Assembly (NCBI RefSeq): GCF_029227855.1
Contig: NZ_CP074356.1
Length of the DNA stretch: 64,000 nt
Strand: one strand, 5' to 3'
Origin: Escherichia coli
Lineage (GTDB): Bacteria > Pseudomonadota > Gammaproteobacteria > Enterobacterales > Enterobacteriaceae
The notes beneath the pieces were generated by a model. It was not told where the DNA came from and did no database searches. It worked only from the letters and a program-made list of their open reading frames with translations. Positions 35,619-46,290 of the stretch are shown piece after piece; the stretch's first letter is position 1, and every line of letters starts with the position of its first letter. The position numbers and the translations under genes were made by a program.

Positions 35619-35956
35619 CGCGGGAAATGCAGTTTGTCATGCGGCTTGCCCGGGAGTTCCGACGGGCAGACTGGCGGCGGATGCTGTCGGAAATGTCGGC
35701 CACTGAGCTTGGTGAGTGGGGCGATTATTTCCGGATGCAGAGCTTCAGTGATGTGTGGATGGATGCGCAGTTTGCCTCGCTGAAGGCATTGATCGTGAGA
35801 ATGGTGTCCGGCAGCAGTGATGCTGCGGTGGCTGATTTCAGCCTTTTACCGGAAGAGAACGGGATACCGGAGCGAACGGACGAAGAACTGATGCATCTTG
35901 GGGAAGGTATTTCCGGAGGTGTGCGTTATGGACCAGATAGCCAACCTGGTCATTGA
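35606..35956 (+). CDS. T extension of the G-T chaperone, reached by a -1 frameshift
   Basis: The -1 frame is open from 35594 through 35956 and overlaps the last codons of G. The only A-rich candidate slip site is G GAA AAG at 35606-35612. Confidence 0.6.
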   Translation, partial: GKVLTREMQFVMRLAREFRRADWRRMLSEMSATELGEWGDYFRMQSFSDVWMDAQFASLKALIVRMVSGSSDAAVADFSLLPEENGIPERTDEELMHLGEGISGGVRYGPDSQPGH

Positions 35957-38900
35957 TTTGGGGATTGATGCGGCAGAGTTTAAAAATGAAATCCCCCGTA
36001 TCAAAAACCTTCTGAATGGTGCAGCCAGCGATGCAGAACGGTCTTCTGCCCGTATGCAGCGTTTTATGGAGCGTCAGACTCAGGCCGCCCGGCAGACAAC
36101 GCAGGCGGCGTCTTCGGCTGCAACAGCCGCATCCGTCCATGCGCAGACAGTGGAGAAGAACGCACAGGCTCATGAACGCATGGCCCGCGAGGTGGAGAAA
36201 ACCCGCCAGCGCATGGAGGCGCTGAGCCAGAAAATGCGCGAGGAACAGGCGCAGGCCATGGCTCTGGCGGAGGCTCAGGATAAAGCGGCTGCTGCGTTTT
36301 ATCGTCAGATTGACAGTGTGAAACAGGCCAGTGCGGGGCTGCAGGAATTACAGCGTATTCAGCAGCAGATCCGACAGGCCAGAAACAGTGGCGGGATTGG
36401 TCAGCAGGATTATCTGGCGCTGATTTCTGAGGTTACGGCGAAAACCCGTGTTCTTACACAGGCTGAGGAAGAGGCTACCCGACAGAAAGTGGCGTTTATC
36501 CGTCAGCTTAAAGAGCAGGCAACCCGCCAGAATCTTTCTTCTTCTGAGTTGCTTCGTGCTAAGGCTGCCCAGCTGGGGGTAAGCAGTGCTGCAGAAGTGT
36601 ATATCCGCAAAATGGAGCAGGCAGGAAAAGCCACGCATTCGCTGGGTCTGAAAAGTGCAGCGGCCCGTCAGGAGATAGGCGTTCTGATAGGTGAACTGGC
36701 CCGCGGAAATTTAGGTGCGCTGAGGGGATCCGGAATAACGCTGGCTAACCGTGCCGGGTGGATAGACACATTGATGTCACCGAAAGGCATGATGCTTGGC
36801 GGGGTTATTGGCGGTATTGCCGCGGCTGTCTATGGTCTGGGTAAAGCCTGGTATGACGGTCAGAAGGAGGGGGAAGAATTTAACCGCCAGCTGTCGCTGA
36901 CGGGGCATTATGCCGGAGTCACTGCCGGGCAGCTGTGGACGCTCAGTCGTGCTATTTCCGGGAATGGTATCACGCAACATGCTGCAGCCGGTGCGCTGGC
37001 TCAGGTGGTGGGTAGTGGTGCATTTCGTGGAAACGATATCGGTATGGTGGCGAGAGCTGCCGCACAGATGGAGCGATCGGTTGGCCAGTCGATCAGCGAT
37101 ACCATAAATCAGTTTAAGCGGCTGAAGGATGATCCTGTAAATGCCGCGAAGGCTCTGGACAATGAGCTGCATTTTCTTACTGCCACTCAGCTTGAGCAGA
37201 TACGTGTCCTTGGGGATCAGGGACGGTCCAGTGATGCTGCACGGATAGCCATGTCTGCACTGGCAGAGGAAACCGGTCGGCGTACTGCGGATATTGATAA
37301 TAACCTCAATGCGCTTGGTAGTACGCTGAAGTATCTGTCTGATTTGTGGAGTCGTTTCTGGGATGCGGCCATGAATATTGGTCGTGAAGACTCGCTGGAT
37401 GAACAAATTGCCGCTTTACAGGAGAAAGTGTCGCGGGCGAAAAGACTCCCCTGGACGGCATCATCTTCTCAGGTTGAATACGATCAGCAGCGTCTTAACG
37501 ATCTTCAGGAGAAAAAACGCCAGAAGGATTTGCAGGATGCAAAAGAGCAGGCAGAGCGGAATTATCAGGAGCAACAGAAACGCCGTAATGCTGAAAATGC
37601 TGCACTGAACCGGATGAATGAAACTGAAGCAGCACGGCATCAGCGTGAAATTGCGCGTATTAATGCCATGCAGTACGCCGATCAGGCTGTCAGGGATGCG
37701 GCGATACAACGTGAAAATGAACGTTACGAGAAAGCCCTGGCATCCGGTAAGAAAAAAACACGCGAAACCCGTAATGATGAGGCCACCCGGTTATTGCTGC
37801 AGTACAGTCAGCAACAGGCACAGGTGGAAGGGCAGATTGCTGCTGCAAGACAGTCAGCAGGCATTGCCACTGACAGGATGACAGAAGCGCATAAACAGCT
37901 TCTGGCTCTGCAGCAGCGCATCAGCGACCTGGACGGGAAAAAACTGACGGCAGATGAAAAGAGTGTGCTTGCCCGTAAAGATGAACTGATTCAGGCATTG
38001 ACGCTGCTGGATGTAAAACAGCAGGAGCTTCAGAAACAGACGGCACTCAACGAGCTGAAGAAAAAAACAATTCAGCTGACCAGTCAACTGGCTGAAGAAG
38101 AGCGCGCTCAGCGTCAGCAACATGACCTGGATATCGCCACGGTGGGTATGGGTGATCAGCAGCGGCAGCGATATCAGGTACAACTGAGTCTTCGCCAGAA
38201 ATACCAGCAACAGCTGGAGCAGTTGAGGCGGGATAGTGAGCGGAAAGGGACATATAACACGGATGACTACAGAAAGGCCGAGCAGGCGCTGACGGAGAGC
38301 CTGAACCGACAACTGAGTGAGAATCGCCGTTACTGGCAACAGCTTGAAATTGCTCAGGGTGACTGGAAAAACGGAGTCCTGCGTGCACTCCAGAATGTCA
38401 CTGAGAATGCGGATAACACAGCCGGGACAGTGGAACAGTTGTTCACGTCTGCGTTCAGTAGCATGAGTGACTGGCTGGCGACATTCTGTACTACAGGCAA
38501 ACTCAATTTCAAATCCTTCACCTCTTCTGTGCTGTCAGATATGTCCAGAATCATGGCTCAGATAGCTTTAATGAAAGCGGTAAAAGGCATTGCTTCCGCG
38601 CTGCCTTTTGATTTTGTAGCTAATGCTGATGGCGGTGTTTATCAGTCGGCTGATTTGAGTCGCTACAGTGGCACGGTGGTTAACCGTCCGACGTTTTTTG
38701 CTTTTGCAAAAGGCGCGGGTGTGATGGGGGAAGCTGGGCCTGAAGCCATTCTGCCACTGCGTCGTGGTGCTGACGGTAAGCTGGGGGTTGTGGCGGATAT
38801 TGGTGGTTCAGGTATGGCGATGTTTGCCCCGCAGTACAACATCGAGATCAATAACGATGGCACGAACGGGCAGATAGGTCCGGCTGCCCTGAAGGTGGTT

Positions 38901-38984
38901 TATGACCTTGGGAAAAAAGCGGCAGCGGACTTTATGCAACAGCAGGCCCGTGATGGTGGTCGGTTAAGTGGAGCATATCGGTAA
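35928..38984 (+). CDS. tape measure protein (H)
   Basis: ~1018 aa, long helical, Q/A/E/R-rich. Position is after G/T. SD GGAGG. Confidence 0.9.
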   Translation: MDQIANLVIDLGIDAAEFKNEIPRIKNLLNGAASDAERSSARMQRFMERQTQAARQTTQAASSAATAASVHAQTVEKNAQAHERMAREVEKTRQRMEALSQKMREEQAQAMALAEAQDKAAAAFYRQIDSVKQASAGLQELQRIQQQIRQARNSGGIGQQDYLALISEVTAKTRVLTQAEEEATRQKVAFIRQLKEQATRQNLSSSELLRAKAAQLGVSSAAEVYIRKMEQAGKATHSLGLKSAAARQEIGVLIGELARGNLGALRGSGITLANRAGWIDTLMSPKGMMLGGVIGGIAAAVYGLGKAWYDGQKEGEEFNRQLSLTGHYAGVTAGQLWTLSRAISGNGITQHAAAGALAQVVGSGAFRGNDIGMVARAAAQMERSVGQSISDTINQFKRLKDDPVNAAKALDNELHFLTATQLEQIRVLGDQGRSSDAARIAMSALAEETGRRTADIDNNLNALGSTLKYLSDLWSRFWDAAMNIGREDSLDEQIAALQEKVSRAKRLPWTASSSQVEYDQQRLNDLQEKKRQKDLQDAKEQAERNYQEQQKRRNAENAALNRMNETEAARHQREIARINAMQYADQAVRDAAIQRENERYEKALASGKKKTRETRNDEATRLLLQYSQQQAQVEGQIAAARQSAGIATDRMTEAHKQLLALQQRISDLDGKKLTADEKSVLARKDELIQALTLLDVKQQELQKQTALNELKKKTIQLTSQLAEEERAQRQQHDLDIATVGMGDQQRQRYQVQLSLRQKYQQQLEQLRRDSERKGTYNTDDYRKAEQALTESLNRQLSENRRYWQQLEIAQGDWKNGVLRALQNVTENADNTAGTVEQLFTSAFSSMSDWLATFCTTGKLNFKSFTSSVLSDMSRIMAQIALMKAVKGIASALPFDFVANADGGVYQSADLSRYSGTVVNRPTFFAFAKGAGVMGEAGPEAILPLRRGADGKLGVVADIGGSGMAMFAPQYNIEINNDGTNGQIGPAALKVVYDLGKKAAADFMQQQARDGGRLSGAYR

Positions 38985-39313
38985 TGGAGACGTTTCACTG
39001 GAAAGTGCGCCCGGATATGAATGTGGTATCAGAGCCGAAAGTGGTGACAGTGAAGCTGGGCGATGGTTATGAACAGCGTCGTGCGGCGGGACTGAATAAC
39101 CAGTTGTCGACTTACAGCGTGACGATACGTGTTCGTAAATGTGAACACCCATCTTTAAAAGCCTTTCTGGAACGGCACGGTGGCGTCCGCGCATTTCAGT
39201 GGACGCCACCTTATGACTGGAAGCCGATCAGGGTGGTTTGTCGTAAATGGTCGGCAAGCGTGGGGGCGCTGTGGGTAACCATAACGGCAGATTTTGAACA
39301 GGTCGTGGCATAG
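38984..39313 (+). CDS. minor tail protein M
   Basis: 109 aa (the same as lambda M). TAATG overlap with H. Confidence 0.85.
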   Translation: METFHWKVRPDMNVVSEPKVVTVKLGDGYEQRRAAGLNNQLSTYSVTIRVRKCEHPSLKAFLERHGGVRAFQWTPPYDWKPIRVVCRKWSASVGALWVTITADFEQVVA

Positions 39314-39322
39314 GAGGCCCTG

Positions 39323-40021
39323 ATGCAGGATATTCCACAGGAAACACATCATGAGACGACACGCCTTACTCAGTCAGCCCAGGTGGTGCTCTGGGAAATC
39401 GATCTGACAGAGGTCGGTGGTGAACGTTATTTTTTCTGTAATGAGCAGAACGAAAAAGGTGAGCCGGTCACCTGGCAGGGGCGGCAGTATCAGGTATACC
39501 CTATTCAGGGGACGGGATTTGAACTGAACGGTAAGGGTAGTGCTGCCCGTCCGACACTGACGGTCTCTAACCTGCACGGCATGGTCACCGGGATGGTGGA
39601 AGACCTGCAGAGTCTGGTCGGCGGAACGGTGGTCAGGCGTAAGGTTTACGCCCGTTTTCTGGATGCGGTGAACTTCGTCAACGGAAACAGCGACGCCGAT
39701 CCGGAGCAGGAGGTGATCAGCCGCTGGCGCATCGAGCAGTGCAGCGAACTGAGTGCGGTCAGTGCCTCCTTTGTGCTCTCCACACCGACGGAAACGGATG
39801 GTGCTGTTTTTCCGGGGCGCATCATGCTGGCCAACACCTGCACCTGGACCTATCGCGGTGATGAGTGCGGTTATCATGGTCCGGCTGTCGCGGATGAATA
39901 TGACCAGCCGACGTCCGATATCACGAAGGATAAATGCAGCAAATGCCTGAGCGGCTGTAAGTTTCGCAATAACGTCGGCAACTTTGGCGGCTTCCTTTCC
40001 ATTAACAAACTTTCGCAGTAA
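39323..40021 (+). CDS. minor tail protein L
   Basis: 232 aa (the same as lambda L). C-terminal Cys cluster CTWTYRGDECGY...CSKCLSGC. Confidence 0.85.
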   Translation: MQDIPQETHHETTRLTQSAQVVLWEIDLTEVGGERYFFCNEQNEKGEPVTWQGRQYQVYPIQGTGFELNGKGSAARPTLTVSNLHGMVTGMVEDLQSLVGGTVVRRKVYARFLDAVNFVNGNSDADPEQEVISRWRIEQCSELSAVSASFVLSTPTETDGAVFPGRIMLANTCTWTYRGDECGYHGPAVADEYDQPTSDITKDKCSKCLSGCKFRNNVGNFGGFLSINKLSQ

Positions 40022-40025
40022 TCCC

Positions 40026-40769
40026 ATGACACAGACAGAATCAGCGATTCTGGCGCACGCCCGGCGATGTGCGCCAGCGGAGTCGTGCGGCTTCGTGGTG
40101 AGAACGCCGGAGGGGGAAAGATATTTTCCCTGCGTGAATATCTCCGGTGAGCCGGAGGATTATTTCCGGATGTCGCCGGAGGACTGGCTGCAGGCAGAGA
40201 TGCAGGGTGAGATTGTGGCGCTGGTCCACAGTCATCCCGGTGGTCTGCCCTGGCTGAGTGAGGCTGACCGGTGGCTGCAGGTGCAGAGTGATTTGCCGTG
40301 GTGGCTGGTCTGCCGGGGGGCGATTCACAAGTTCCGCTGTGTGCCGCATCTCACCGGGCGGCGCTTTGAGCACGGGGTGACGGACTGTTACACGCTGTTC
40401 CGGGACGCTTACCATCTGGCGGGGATTGAGATGCCGGATTTTACGCGGGAGGATGACTGGTGGCGTCACGGTCAGAATCTCTATCTGGATAATCTGGAGG
40501 CCACAGGGCTGTATCAGGTGCCGTTGTCAGCGGCGCAGCCGGGCGATGTGCTGCTGTGCTGTTTTGGTTCATCGGTGCCGAATCACGCCGCAATTTACTG
40601 CGGCGACGGCGAGCTGCTGCACCATATTCCTGAACAACTGAGCAAACGAGAGAGGTATACCGACAAATGGCAGCGACGCACACACTCCCTCTGGCGTCAC
40701 CGGGCATGGCGCGCATCTGCCTTTACGGGGATTTACAACGATTTGGTCGCCGCATCGACCTTCGTGTGA
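40026..40769 (+). CDS. tail assembly protein K (MPN + NlpC/P60 domains)
   Basis: ..ESCGFVV...HSHP (JAB/MPN-like), then ..DCYTLFRDAY...H (NlpC/P60-like). Confidence 0.8.
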   Translation: MTQTESAILAHARRCAPAESCGFVVRTPEGERYFPCVNISGEPEDYFRMSPEDWLQAEMQGEIVALVHSHPGGLPWLSEADRWLQVQSDLPWWLVCRGAIHKFRCVPHLTGRRFEHGVTDCYTLFRDAYHLAGIEMPDFTREDDWWRHGQNLYLDNLEATGLYQVPLSAAQPGDVLLCCFGSSVPNHAAIYCGDGELLHHIPEQLSKRERYTDKWQRRTHSLWRHRAWRASAFTGIYNDLVAASTFV

Positions 40770-41308
40770 AAACGGGGGCTGAAGCCATCCGGGCGCTGGC
40801 CACACAGCTCCCGGCGTTTCGTCAGAAACTGAGCGACGGCTGGTATCAGGTACGGATTGCCGGGCGTGATACAGGTGAAACGGAATTATCAGCCCGTCTT
40901 AATGAACCGCTGGCAAATGGTGCTGTGATCCATATCGTGCCGCGTCTGGCAGGAGCCAAAAGTGGCGGTGTGTTTCAGGCTGTGCTGGGGGCGGCTGTTA
41001 TGGCGGTTGCTATATGGATGCCGGGGGTAGGAATTATGGCGAGTAATCTGCTGTTTTCTCTCGGTGCCAGTATGACGCTTGGCGGTGTTGCACAGATGCT
41101 GGCCCCTAAACCCAAAACCCCCCGCACACAGACAACGGATAACGGCAAACAGAACACCTATTTTTCTTCACTGGATAATATGGTTGCCCAGGGCAATGTT
41201 CTGCCCGTTCTGTACGGTGAAATGCGCGTGGGATCACGTGTGGTATCTCAGGAGATCAGCACAGCAGATGAAGGTGATGGTGGTCAGGTTGTGGTGATTG
41301 GTCGCTGA
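40667..41308 (+). CDS. tail assembly protein I
   Basis: MAATHTLPLASPGMARICLYGDLQRFGRRIDLRVKTGAEAIRALATQLPAFRQKLSDGWYQVRIAGRD.. is near-identical to the recalled lambda I N- and C-termini. Confidence 0.9.
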   Translation: MAATHTLPLASPGMARICLYGDLQRFGRRIDLRVKTGAEAIRALATQLPAFRQKLSDGWYQVRIAGRDTGETELSARLNEPLANGAVIHIVPRLAGAKSGGVFQAVLGAAVMAVAIWMPGVGIMASNLLFSLGASMTLGGVAQMLAPKPKTPRTQTTDNGKQNTYFSSLDNMVAQGNVLPVLYGEMRVGSRVVSQEISTADEGDGGQVVVIGR

Positions 41309-41368
41309 TGAAAAACGTTTTATGTGAAACCGCCTCCGGGCGGTTTTATCGTTTATGGAGCATGACGA

Positions 41369-44300
41369 ATGGGTAAAGGCAGCAGTAAGGGGCATACCCC
41401 GCGCGAAGCGAAGGACAACCTGAAGTCCACGCAGCTGCTGAGTGTGATCGATGCCATCAGCGAAGGGCCGGTTGAAGGTCCGGTGGATGGATTAAAAAGC
41501 GTGCTGCTGAACAGTACGCCGGTGCTGGACAGTGAGGGGAATACCAATATATCCGGCGTCACGGTGGTGTTCCGGGCCGGTGAGCAGGAGCAGACTCCGC
41601 CGGAGGGATTTGAATCCTCCGGTTCCGAGACGGTGCTGGGTACGGAAGTGAAATATGACACGCCGATCACCCGCACCATCACGTCGGCAAACATCGACCG
41701 TCTGCGCTTTACCTTCGGTGTGCAGGCACTGGTGGAAACCACCTCAAAGGGGGACAGGAATCCATCGGAAGTCCGCCTGCTGGTTCAGATACAACGTAAC
41801 GGTGGCTGGGTGACGGAAAAAGACATCACCATTAAGGGTAAAACCACCTCGCAGTATCTGGCCTCAGTGGTGGTGGATAACCTGCCGCCGCGCCCGTTTA
41901 ATATCCGGATGCGCAGGATGACGCCGGACAGCACCACAGACCAGCTGCAGAACAAAACGCTCTGGTCGTCATACACCGAAATCATCGATGTGAAACAGTG
42001 CTACCCGAACACGGCACTGGTCGGCGTGCAGGTGGACTCGGAGCAGTTCGGCAGCCAGCAGGTGAGCCGTAATTATCATCTGCGAGGGCGTATTCTGCAG
42101 GTGCCGTCGAACTATAACCCGCAGACGCGGCAATACAGCGGTATCTGGGACGGGACGTTTAAACCGGCATACAGCAACAACATGGCCTGGTGTCTGTGGG
42201 ATATGCTGACCCATCCGCGCTACGGCATGGGGAAGCGTCTCGGTGCGGCGGATGTGGACAAATGGGCGCTGTATGTCATCGGCCAGAATTGCGACCAGTC
42301 GGTGCCGGATGGCTTTGGTGGCACGGAGCCGCGCATCACCTGTAATGCCTGGCTGACCACGCAGCGCAAGGCGTGGGATGTGCTCAGTGATTTCTGCTCG
42401 GCGATGCGCTGTATGCCGGTATGGAACGGGCAGACGCTGACGTTCGTGCAGGACCGGCCATCGGATAAGGTGTGGACCTATAACCGCAGTAATGTGGTGA
42501 TGCCGGATGATGGCGCGCCGTTCCGCTACAGCTTCAGCGCCCTGAAGGACCGTCATAATGCCGTTGAGGTGAACTGGATTGACCCGAATAACGGCTGGGA
42601 GACGGCGACAGAGCTTGTGGAGGACACGCAGGCCATTGCCCGTTACGGTCGTAACGTCACGAAGATGGATGCCTTTGGCTGTACCAGCCGGGGGCAGGCA
42701 CACCGCGCCGGGCTGTGGCTGATTAAAACAGAACTGCTGGAAACGCAGACCGTGGATTTCAGCGTCGGCGCAGAAGGGCTTCGCCATGTACCGGGCGATG
42801 TTATTGAAATCTGTGATGATGACTATGCCGGTATCAGCACCGGTGGTCGTGTGCTGGCGGTGAACAGCCAGACCCGGACGCTGACGCTCGACCGTGAAAT
42901 CACGCTGCCATCCTCCGGTACCACGCTGATAAGCCTGGTTGACGGAAGTGGCAATCCGGTCAGCGTGGAGGTTCAGTCCGTCACCGACGGCGTGAAGGTA
43001 AAAGTGAGCCGTGTTCCTGACGGTGTTGCTGAATACAGCGTATGGGGGCTGAAGCTGCCGACGCTGCGCCAGCGACTGTTCCGCTGCGTGAGTATCCGTG
43101 AGAACGACGACGGCACGTATGCCATCACCGCCGTGCAGCATGTGCCGGAAAAAGAGGCCATCGTGGATAACGGGGCGCACTTTGACGGCGAACAGAGTGG
43201 CACGGTGAATGGTGTCACGCCGCCAGCGGTGCAGCACCTGACCGCAGAAGTCACTGCAGACAGCGGGGAATATCAGGTGCTGGCGCGCTGGGATACGCCG
43301 AAGGTGGTGAAGGGTGTGAGCTTTATGCTTCGCCTGACCGTGGCAGCGGATGACGGCAGTGAGCGGCTGGTCAGCACGGCCCGGACGACGGAAACCACAT
43401 ACCGCTTCAGGCAGCTGGCGCTGGGAAGCTACAGGCTGACAGTCCGGGCGGCAAATGCCTGGGGGCAGCAGGGCGATCCTGCATCGGTATCGTTCCGGAT
43501 TGCCGCACCGGCAGCGCCGTCGCGGATTGAGCTGACGCCGGGCTATTTTCAGATAACCGCCACGCCCCATCTTGCCGTTTATGATCCGACGGTACAGTTT
43601 GAGTTCTGGTTCTCGGAAAAGCGGATTGCGGATATCAGGCAGGTTGAAACTACAGCCCGCTATCTTGGCACGGCGCTGTACTGGATAGCTGCCAGTATCA
43701 ATATCAAACCGGGCCATGATTATTATTTTTACATCCGCAGTGTGAACACCGTTGGCAAATCGGCATTTGTGGAGGCTGTTGGCCAGCCGAGTGATGATGC
43801 ATCCGGCTATCTGGATTTTTTCAAAGGCGAGATAGGGAAAAGCCATCTGGCTCAGGAGCTGTGGACGCAGATTGATAACGGTCAGCTTGCGCCTGACCTG
43901 GCTGAAATCAGGACGTCCATTACGGATGTCAGCAATGAAATCACGCAGACCGTCAATAAGAAACTGGAAGACCAGAGTGCGGCAATCCAGCAGATACAGA
44001 AGGTTCAGGTTGATACAAATAATAACCTGAACAGCATGTGGGCTGTGAAGCTGCAGCAGATGCAGGACGGACGCCTTTATATCGCGGGTATTGGTGCCGG
44101 TATTGAGAATACCCCTGACGGTATGCAGAGTCAGGTGCTGCTGGCGGCGGACAGGATTGCGATGATTAATCCTGCGAATGGCAACACAAAACCGATGTTT
44201 GTTGGTCAGGGCGATCAGATATTCATGAACGAAGTGTTCCTGAAATATCTGACGGCTCCCACCATTACCAGCGGCGGTAATCCTCCGGCATTTTCCCTGA

Positions 44301-44848
44301 CACCGGACGGGCGGCTGACGGCGAAAAATGCCGATATTAGCGGTAACGTGAATGCGAACTCCGGGACGCTCAACAACGTCACGATTAACGAGAACTGCCG
44401 GGTTCTGGGAAAACTGTCCGCGAACCAGATTGAAGGCGATCTCGTTAAAACAGTGGGCAAAGCTTTCCCCCGGGACTCCCGTGCACCGGAACGGTGGCCA
44501 TCAGGGACCATTACCGTCAGGGTTTATGACGATCAGCCGTTTGACCGGCAGATTGTTATTCCGGCGGTGGCATTCAGCGGCGCTAAACATGAGAGAGAGC
44601 ATACTGATATTTACTCCTCATGCCGTCTGATAGTGCGGAAAAACGGTGCTGAAATTTATAACCGTACCGCGCTGGATAATACGCTGATTTACAGTGGCGT
44701 TATTGATATGCCTGCCGGTCACGGTCACATGACGCTGGAGTTTTCGGTGTCAGCATGGCTGGTAAATGACTGGTATCCCACAGCAAGTATCAGCGATCTG
44801 CTGGTTGTGGTGATGAAGAAAGCCACCGCAGGCATCAGTATCAGCTGA
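41369..44848 (+). CDS. host specificity / central tail fibre protein J
   Basis: 1159 aa, lambda J-like throughout ([34 protein letters not shown]...). Confidence 0.95.
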   Translation: MGKGSSKGHTPREAKDNLKSTQLLSVIDAISEGPVEGPVDGLKSVLLNSTPVLDSEGNTNISGVTVVFRAGEQEQTPPEGFESSGSETVLGTEVKYDTPITRTITSANIDRLRFTFGVQALVETTSKGDRNPSEVRLLVQIQRNGGWVTEKDITIKGKTTSQYLASVVVDNLPPRPFNIRMRRMTPDSTTDQLQNKTLWSSYTEIIDVKQCYPNTALVGVQVDSEQFGSQQVSRNYHLRGRILQVPSNYNPQTRQYSGIWDGTFKPAYSNNMAWCLWDMLTHPRYGMGKRLGAADVDKWALYVIGQNCDQSVPDGFGGTEPRITCNAWLTTQRKAWDVLSDFCSAMRCMPVWNGQTLTFVQDRPSDKVWTYNRSNVVMPDDGAPFRYSFSALKDRHNAVEVNWIDPNNGWETATELVEDTQAIARYGRNVTKMDAFGCTSRGQAHRAGLWLIKTELLETQTVDFSVGAEGLRHVPGDVIEICDDDYAGISTGGRVLAVNSQTRTLTLDREITLPSSGTTLISLVDGSGNPVSVEVQSVTDGVKVKVSRVPDGVAEYSVWGLKLPTLRQRLFRCVSIRENDDGTYAITAVQHVPEKEAIVDNGAHFDGEQSGTVNGVTPPAVQHLTAEVTADSGEYQVLARWDTPKVVKGVSFMLRLTVAADDGSERLVSTARTTETTYRFRQLALGSYRLTVRAANAWGQQGDPASVSFRIAAPAAPSRIELTPGYFQITATPHLAVYDPTVQFEFWFSEKRIADIRQVETTARYLGTALYWIAASINIKPGHDYYFYIRSVNTVGKSAFVEAVGQPSDDASGYLDFFKGEIGKSHLAQELWTQIDNGQLAPDLAEIRTSITDVSNEITQTVNKKLEDQSAAIQQIQKVQVDTNNNLNSMWAVKLQQMQDGRLYIAGIGAGIENTPDGMQSQVLLAADRIAMINPANGNTKPMFVGQGDQIFMNEVFLKYLTAPTITSGGNPPAFSLTPDGRLTAKNADISGNVNANSGTLNNVTINENCRVLGKLSANQIEGDLVKTVGKAFPRDSRAPERWPSGTITVRVYDDQPFDRQIVIPAVAFSGAKHEREHTDIYSSCRLIVRKNGAEIYNRTALDNTLIYSGVIDMPAGHGHMTLEFSVSAWLVNDWYPTASISDLLVVVMKKATAGISIS

Positions 44849-44915
44849 ATTTTATAACCCATATACGGGCGCCAGAAATGGCGCCTTTTTTATTGCAGAA
44901 AAGCGAGAGGTAATT

Positions 44916-45515
44916 ATGCGTAAAGTTTGTGCCGCCATTTTTTCCGCAGCCATTTGTCTGGCCGTATCCGGTGCGCCTGCATGGGCATCTGAACATCAGT
45001 CCACGCTGAGCGCGGGGTATCTTCATGCCTCGACGAACGTTCCCGGCAGCGATGATCTGAACGGGATTAACGTGAAATACCGTTATGAGTTTACGGACAC
45101 ACTGGGGATGGTGACGTCATTCAGCTATGCAGGAGACAAGAATCGCCAGCTTACCCGTTACAGCGATACCCGCTGGCATGAAGATTCCGTGCGTAACCGC
45201 TGGTTCAGCGTGATGGTGGGGCCGTCTGTGCGCGTGAATGAATGGTTCAGCGCGTATGCGATGGCGGGTATGGCTTACAGCCGTGTTTCGACTTTCTCCG
45301 GAGATTATATCCGCGTAACTGACAACAAGGGGAAAACGCACGATGTGCTGACCGGAAGTGATGACGGTCGCCACAGCGACACGTCTCTGGCATGGGGGGC
45401 TGGCGTGCAGTTTAACCCGACCGAATCCGTGGCCATTGATATTGCTTATGAAGGTTCCGGCAGTGGCGACTGGCGCACTGACGGTTTCATCGTTGGTGTC
45501 GGTTATAAATTCTGA
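44916..45515 (+). CDS. lom: Lom/Ail family outer membrane beta-barrel protein
   Basis: Signal peptide, with alternating beta-strand pattern. The C-terminal ...FIVGVGYKF is a typical OMP terminus. Position is after J. Confidence 0.9.
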
Positions 45516-45541
45516 TTAGCCAGGTAACACAGTGTTATGAC

Positions 45542-45569
45542 AGCCCGCCGGTTCAGGCGGGCTTTTTTG
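45542..45569 (+). terminator. rho-independent terminator after lom
   Basis: AGCCCGCC-ggttca-GGCGGGCT is followed by TTTTTT. Confidence 0.8.
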
Positions 45570-46277
45570 TGCACAGAAAACCCCCAGCTAGGCTGGGGGT
45601 TCCGGAAAGCTTTCAGCTTTGAGCCAGTTATTAAAACCCCTTTTGATTTGTTAAAACACTTTGCGGTCTGGCAACTGCAAGTGTCAAACAAGAAATCAAA
45701 AGGGGGTCCCAATGGGGAACGAAAAGAGCTTAGCGCACACCCGATGGAACTGTAAATATCACATAGTTTTTGCGCCAAAATACCGAAGACAGGTGTTCTA
45801 CAGAGAGAAGCGTAGAGCAATAGGCAGTATTTTGAGAAAGCTGTGTGAGTGGAAAAGCGTACGGATTCTGGAAGCTGAATGCTGTGCAGATCATATCCAT
45901 ATGCTTGTGGAGATCCCGCCCAAAATGAGCGTATCCGGGTTTATGGGATATCTGAAAGGGAAAAGCAGTCTGATGCTTTACGAGCAGTTTGGTGATTTGA
46001 AATTCAAATACAGGAACAGGGAGTTCTGGTGCAGAGGGTACTACGTCGATACAGTGGGTAAGAACACGGCGAAGATACAGGATTACATAAAGCACCAGCT
46101 TGAAGAGGATAAAATGGGAGAGCAGTTATCGATTCCCTATCCGGGCAGCCCGTTTACGGGCCGTAAGTAACGAAGTTGGATGCAAATGTCAGATCGTGTG
46201 CGCCTGTTAGGGCGCGGCTGGTAAGAGAGCCTTATAGGCGCATTTGAAAAACCTCCGGCTATGCCGGAGGATATTTA
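45570..46277 (+). mobile_element. IS200 (IS200/IS605 family) insertion; ends approximate
   Basis: The left-end hairpin is AACCCCCAGC-tag-GCTGGGGGTT (45579-45601). An RBS-occluding inverted repeat CCCCTTTTGATTT / AAATCAAAAGGGG is present, with tnpA inside. A right-side hairpin CCTCCGGC-tat-GCCGGAGG lies at 46252-46270. The ~0.7 kb size fits IS200. Confidence 0.7.
45712..46170 (+). CDS. tnpA: IS200 Y1 (HUH) transposase TnpA
   Basis: 152 aa, MGNEKSLAHTRWNCKYHIVFAPKYRRQVFY...CADHIHMLVEIPPKMSVSGFMGYLKGKSS... with the HUH motif and catalytic Tyr region. Confidence 0.95.
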   Translation: MGNEKSLAHTRWNCKYHIVFAPKYRRQVFYREKRRAIGSILRKLCEWKSVRILEAECCADHIHMLVEIPPKMSVSGFMGYLKGKSSLMLYEQFGDLKFKYRNREFWCRGYYVDTVGKNTAKIQDYIKHQLEEDKMGEQLSIPYPGSPFTGRK

Positions 46278-46290
46278 TTGTGGAGTGGAT

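Noticed and set aside
36777-37406. 209-aa minus-strand ORF within the tape measure gene (and similar ones at 37854-38339 and 38047-38388)
   Set aside because: They are antisense shadows of a long, compositionally biased gene, with no independent signals.
41969-43846. 625-aa ORF on the minus strand inside gene J
   Set aside because: It is an Arg/His/Pro-rich shadow frame of a strongly supported plus-strand gene (lambda J homologue). It has no SD and an implausible composition.
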